64,000 bases of DNA from a virus. Lineage: Duplodnaviria; Caudoviricetes. The first letter of the stretch is position 1. Each line of letters begins with the position of its first letter. The stretch covers positions 187,550 through 251,549 of the IMG/VR virus record IMGVR_UViG_3300021431_004083. One strand, written 5' to 3'. Below are positions 60,143 through 64,000 of this stretch, piece by piece. Under the pieces are notes generated by a model. The model ran no database searches, was not told the origin of the DNA, and worked only from the letters and a program-made list of their open reading frames with translations. The position numbers were made by a program, and so were the translations under genes.

Positions 60143-61300
60143 ATGAGTAAGGAAACATTTTATAAGAATAATAGAAGAAGCATAAAGGATATCCCTCTGG
60201 ACGTTATCGAGCATGCGTTGAAAGATAACAGTTCTAAAATAAGACAGGTGGCTATGAACGCTTGTCAGGGTAGAAACGTACCTCTGGACGTTATCGAGCG
60301 TTGGCTGGACGATAACAATTGCTACGCAAGACAGGCCGCTATGAACGCTTGTCAGGGTAGGGATATACCTCTGAACATTATCGAGTGTGGATTAGAGGAT
60401 GCCGATTGGAGAGTTAGACGAGCGGCTATGAACGCTTGTCAGGGTAGAAACGTACCTCTGGACGTTATCGAGCGTTGGCTAAACGATAAAGATTGGAAAG
60501 TAAGACAGGCTGCTATGAACACTTGTCAGGGCAAAGACGTACCTTTGGAAGTTATTGAGCGTGGATTAAAAGATGACGATTGTAACGTAAGATGTGCTGC
60601 TATGAAGGCTTGTCGAAGCATGGATATCCCTCTGGAAGTTATCGAGCGTTGGCTAAGAGATAACAATCCCAACGTTAGACAGGCGGCTATAAACACTTGT
60701 CAGAACAAAGACATACCTTTGGACGTTATCGAGCGTTGGCTGAACGATAACGATTGCAACGTAAGATGGGTGGCTATGTGCGCTTGTCAGACCAGAGACA
60801 TACCTATGGACGTTATCGAGCATTGGTTGAGAGATAACAATTGTAAAGTAAGAGAGGCTGCCATAAACGCTTGTCAGACAAGAGATATCCCTCTGGACGT
60901 TATCGAGCGTTGGCTGAACGATAACAATTGCGACGTTAGACAGACTGCTGTTTACTATTGCGAACAGAAAGGGATTGAGATTCCTACTATTCGTACTATT
61001 GAACCGCCCGAAAAGGTTTATAAAAAATGTTTGAACGATGTAATCGTAGTAGCTACAATTCCTTATGATGCTGAAGTTAGAGGAAATTATAATGGAAAAT
61101 GTCGTGCTAATAAGGCGAAAATTATTGATATTATCGGAGACTTTTATGGGAAAAAAATCGGAATTTCAACTAATGATTACACTACTGCTTATTTCATTGG
61201 CGATAAAATAGTTATTAACAATTTCGATAAGAGTTTCAAAAAATGTTCAACAGGTTTCCACTTCTTCTGCACACGCGAACAAGCTGAAAATCATGATTAA
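60143..61300 (+). CDS. HEAT-like repeat protein (nine 29-aa units) with DUF5758-like C-terminal domain
   Basis: repeat DIPLDVIERWLND....VRQAAMNACQ; C-terminal KCRANKAKII...CSTGFHFF. Confidence 0.8.
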   Translation: MSKETFYKNNRRSIKDIPLDVIEHALKDNSSKIRQVAMNACQGRNVPLDVIERWLDDNNCYARQAAMNACQGRDIPLNIIECGLEDADWRVRRAAMNACQGRNVPLDVIERWLNDKDWKVRQAAMNTCQGKDVPLEVIERGLKDDDCNVRCAAMKACRSMDIPLEVIERWLRDNNPNVRQAAINTCQNKDIPLDVIERWLNDNDCNVRWVAMCACQTRDIPMDVIEHWLRDNNCKVREAAINACQTRDIPLDVIERWLNDNNCDVRQTAVYYCEQKGIEIPTIRTIEPPEKVYKKCLNDVIVVATIPYDAEVRGNYNGKCRANKAKIIDIIGDFYGKKIGISTNDYTTAYFIGDKIVINNFDKSFKKCSTGFHFFCTREQAENHD

Positions 61301-61389
61301 TTGGAATTGTAAATGTCAAAAACGCAGTCTGAAGAAAAATCTCACAGCTTTGGAGCTTATTAATCTAAATCACGTATGCTAAAACAAAA

Positions 61390-61417
61390 TAACCCCCGTC
61401 ATATGAGACGGGGGTTA
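61390..61417 (+). terminator. probable terminator hairpin
   Basis: TAACCCCCGTC/GACGGGGGTTA inverted repeat. Confidence 0.6.
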
Positions 61418-61625
61418 ATATTATGACCGTACAAATATAAATTGCTATCAAATGAATGCGCAAAATTTGAAACAATAAGAAAGGAGCTTGTACGTATCAT
61501 GCAAAATAATAAAACTTAACTGTTTGTTAAAATATGTTGTGCATCATATACTTGTGCATTCTCAGGCAACACAATACGAGGCAACAATGATTTAACATCA
61601 TATTAGTATCTGAACAAAAATCCAC

Positions 61626-61819
61626 AATTCCGCAGAGGCAAAACCGTCTCTGCGGAAAATTTCTCAAACATAACTTTCAGTCAATCATACAATCAAAACG
61701 CAGTAAAACAATCTCTGCTGAACAGTACCATCAGACATAGGTGCTTGCAGAGTCTATCAATTCCAACATATTATCTTGGAATACTGAATAGTACCGTCAA
61801 ATGACGGTCAAGTGCAAAG
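61626..61819 (+). repeat. hairpin H, leader box and two repeats (61716, 61782) with a 29-nt spacer
   Basis: same modules as 45998-46180. Confidence 0.85.
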
Positions 61820-61829
61820 GAAGAGAACA

Positions 61830-62318
61830 ATGCAAGAATTTTCCACAAAAACAGAAAAAACCATAAAGACAGGATTAACAATCTCACCTTATCATCTCAA
61901 AGAAGAAACGCGAAAAACCTATATTTACCCTGTCATAGCTGAAGCAGGCACAGTCGAAGCGCCACCAAACCGACTACCCAAAGGGTTCAATCTTTTCGCA
62001 TCCGCTGAAGACCTGTCTCAGGTAATAATCACTGTGCCGTCAGGCGAAATCGGATATGAAGAAGACAAGTTAACAGCCTTCTATTGTCCGAAAGACCTTT
62101 ACCGCTTGCTGCAATATGCTCACAGCAGACAAATAGACTTCATTGTCATCCCGCACGAAGACCATGTCTTGCGCAGCTTCTTCAGCAACAAAGCAAACAA
62201 TAACATCGACATCATCACAGAGGCAACGGTACAGAATGCCATATCAGATGACATTGCAAGCTTGCCTTACTATGACACGCCATCTGTCGAAAAACTCATT
62301 CAAAAGCTCAGTCAATGA
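61830..62318 (+). CDS. hypothetical protein
   Basis: start refined; stop codon overlaps the leader box (TCAGTCAATGA). Confidence 0.7.
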   Translation: MQEFSTKTEKTIKTGLTISPYHLKEETRKTYIYPVIAEAGTVEAPPNRLPKGFNLFASAEDLSQVIITVPSGEIGYEEDKLTAFYCPKDLYRLLQYAHSRQIDFIVIPHEDHVLRSFFSNKANNNIDIITEATVQNAISDDIASLPYYDTPSVEKLIQKLSQ

Positions 62319-62467
62319 TATAATAAAATTGTGGTATAAAACAATCTCTGCTATATAATACCGTCAAATGTCGGTACTTGCAGAGTACCGATTCCCACGT
62401 GGATATGCTAAACAGTACCATCAAATATCGGTGCTTGCAAAGAAATCATTGAACAGCACCGTCAAAT
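62308..62467 (+). repeat. leader box, two repeats (62349, 62406) with a 20-nt spacer, and a partial third copy
   Basis: matches the 37-nt consensus. Confidence 0.85.
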
Positions 62468-62481
62468 AAAGGAGATAAAAG

Positions 62482-63180
62482 ATGCTCATAAAAATATATA
62501 TGAAAGATGGTGAAGAATTCACCGTCAATGCCTGCACGTCCTCTGCAAGATTATGGGTGCACCAACACCTAAAGCTGGAAAACGTAGAAAGTTTTACGGA
62601 AATACCGCCTGAAAAGATTTATTACTATGTAGAAATCACAGAACGTGAAATTATCGAATTCATTCCGTTCGACAGCAAAGAAGTTGCCGTAGCGCATCTT
62701 CATCAAAAGTTCCTCAACCGTATCAAAACAAAGGTTAACGATTTCAACTTCAGTCTGGACTTTCCAATTCAAAAAGACGACTACGGTTTATCCGAAGACC
62801 ATGCGTGGATTAACGACCTCCCTCTCATGCATAACGACTGGGACGCTTATATCATCGTAAACGACAGAAAAAACGATACCGAAGAAAGCCGTAGATTTAT
62901 TGAACAGGCTATAAAGGAACCCTATCTGTTCCTCAACAATGCGTTATATGAAAACTTACTGAAAGCAGCTTTTCATAAAAACGCCATCAAAAACACGCAC
63001 CCCAACATGGGCATCACAACAGACATCATGGATGACGACGGTGCCACAATTGATATCCGCACAACAACAGAGACATGTTCCAGACTGTCCTCATACCTCG
63101 GTATGAAGATTATCGGATTAAAACCGACTGTATATAACAACGTCAACGGTGTGGCTCTGCTGTGTGAAAATAAAAACTAA
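62482..63180 (+). CDS. hypothetical protein
   Basis: AGGAG RBS. Confidence 0.7.
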   Translation: MLIKIYMKDGEEFTVNACTSSARLWVHQHLKLENVESFTEIPPEKIYYYVEITEREIIEFIPFDSKEVAVAHLHQKFLNRIKTKVNDFNFSLDFPIQKDDYGLSEDHAWINDLPLMHNDWDAYIIVNDRKNDTEESRRFIEQAIKEPYLFLNNALYENLLKAAFHKNAIKNTHPNMGITTDIMDDDGATIDIRTTTETCSRLSSYLGMKIIGLKPTVYNNVNGVALLCENKN

Positions 63181-63187
63181 AAAACAC

Positions 63188-63315
63188 AATTCCGCAGAGA
63201 CAATCTTGCCTCTGCGGAACATTTTTTAAACACAACTTCAGTCAATCATATAAGCAAAACGCAATATAAAATAATCTCTGCTATATAATACCGTCAAATA
63301 TAAGTACTCGCAAAA
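63188..63315 (+). repeat. hairpin H, leader box and single repeat (63279)
   Basis: same modules as above. Confidence 0.8.
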
Positions 63316-63353
63316 AATCTACCCACAAAATAAAAAAAAGAAAGGACACGGCT

Positions 63354-63650
63354 ATGCCCGACAATAATAAAATCATTGTTGATATCAATGACCGTTTTCA
63401 ACTGGTTGCTGCACTAAATGATTGGGACCCTAACGCCAAAGAATTGGCTGAAATCTCAGTTTTCTTACAAGAAAAAGCAACAGGGATAATCCATCAGGAC
63501 CTTGCCATCATCGGACGCAACTACAGAATGACAGACAACGGACCTGAATTATATGACGACCTGTCGGTAAAAGTCTATGCCGATGCAAACAACGAAGACT
63601 TTACAGATGACTTCACTATTCCTATTTACGAAGAGCCCGAAGAAGATTAA
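63354..63650 (+). CDS. hypothetical acidic protein
   Basis: AAGGA RBS. Confidence 0.7.
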   Translation: MPDNNKIIVDINDRFQLVAALNDWDPNAKELAEISVFLQEKATGIIHQDLAIIGRNYRMTDNGPELYDDLSVKVYADANNEDFTDDFTIPIYEEPEED

Positions 63651-63686
63651 CATATTCTTCATAAACCCCCCTTTTCAAACATAATT

Positions 63687-64000
63687 TCAGTCAATCGTAA
63701 AATTAAAGTGTAATACAAAACAATCTCTGCTAAATAGTACCGTTAGATAACGGTGCTTGCAAAGAACGACCCGATCTGGCAATTTGCTGAATAGTAACAT
63801 CAGCACTTACAAAAAGAAAAAAAATTATCACACGAATTTCAGTCAATCATATAGTTAAAGTACGGTATAAAATAATCTCTGCTAAATAGTACCGTTAGAT
63901 AACGGTGCTTGCAAAGAACGACCCGATCTGGCAATTTGCTGAATAGTAACATCAGCACTTACAAAAAGAAAAAAAATTATCACACGAATTTCAGTCAATC
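63687..64000 (+). repeat. 152-bp-period tandem of leader, repeat, spacer and degenerate repeat, running off the window
   Basis: 63722-63848 is identical to 63874-64000; full repeats at 63728 and 63880. Confidence 0.9.

Larger units (their letters stand above)
59891..61643. mobile_element. probable inserted cassette bounded by 43-bp direct repeats (59891-59933 and 61601-61643)
   Basis: 31 bp identical (AACAAAAATCCACAATTCCGCAGAGGCAAAA); only the right copy continues into the full hairpin. Confidence 0.55.

Noticed and set aside
1-64000. tRNA, rRNA, phage structural or conjugation genes
   Set aside because: None recognised by eye, so the element class remains undetermined.

Overview
This 64 kb window looks like part of a large mobile element (giant ICE, megaplasmid or prophage) from a Firmicute. 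A dockerin and an LPxTG protein point to a Ruminococcus-like gut host (inference). No capsid, integrase, T4SS or cas genes were recognised. The left arm (1-33 kb, mostly minus strand) encodes a ~2010-aa single-polypeptide two-barrel RNA polymerase with beta and beta-prime motifs fused, RNase HI, two HU-like proteins, surface proteins, and a plus-strand MerR-HTH plus D5-like helicase pair. About ten unrelated left-arm proteins, including the RNAP, share a C-terminal R-x-[LVM]-P...acidic...aromatic tail. After a ~1.1 kb AT-rich gap, the right arm (34-64 kb, plus strand) is a dense run of small genes, several resembling counter-defence functions (NADAR, Lar-like, two Panacea/SocA, RtcB, MazG-like, HD hydrolase). 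It is punctuated by a modular non-coding element: a TCAGTCAATC box, then AATCTC, then a 37-nt hairpin repeat, with 14 full copies, several in mini-arrays with 19-29 nt spacers. Main hypothesis (inference): the element exports its own RNAP and tagged proteins and uses these hairpins to express the right arm. Family calls come from motifs read by eye; no database search was run.
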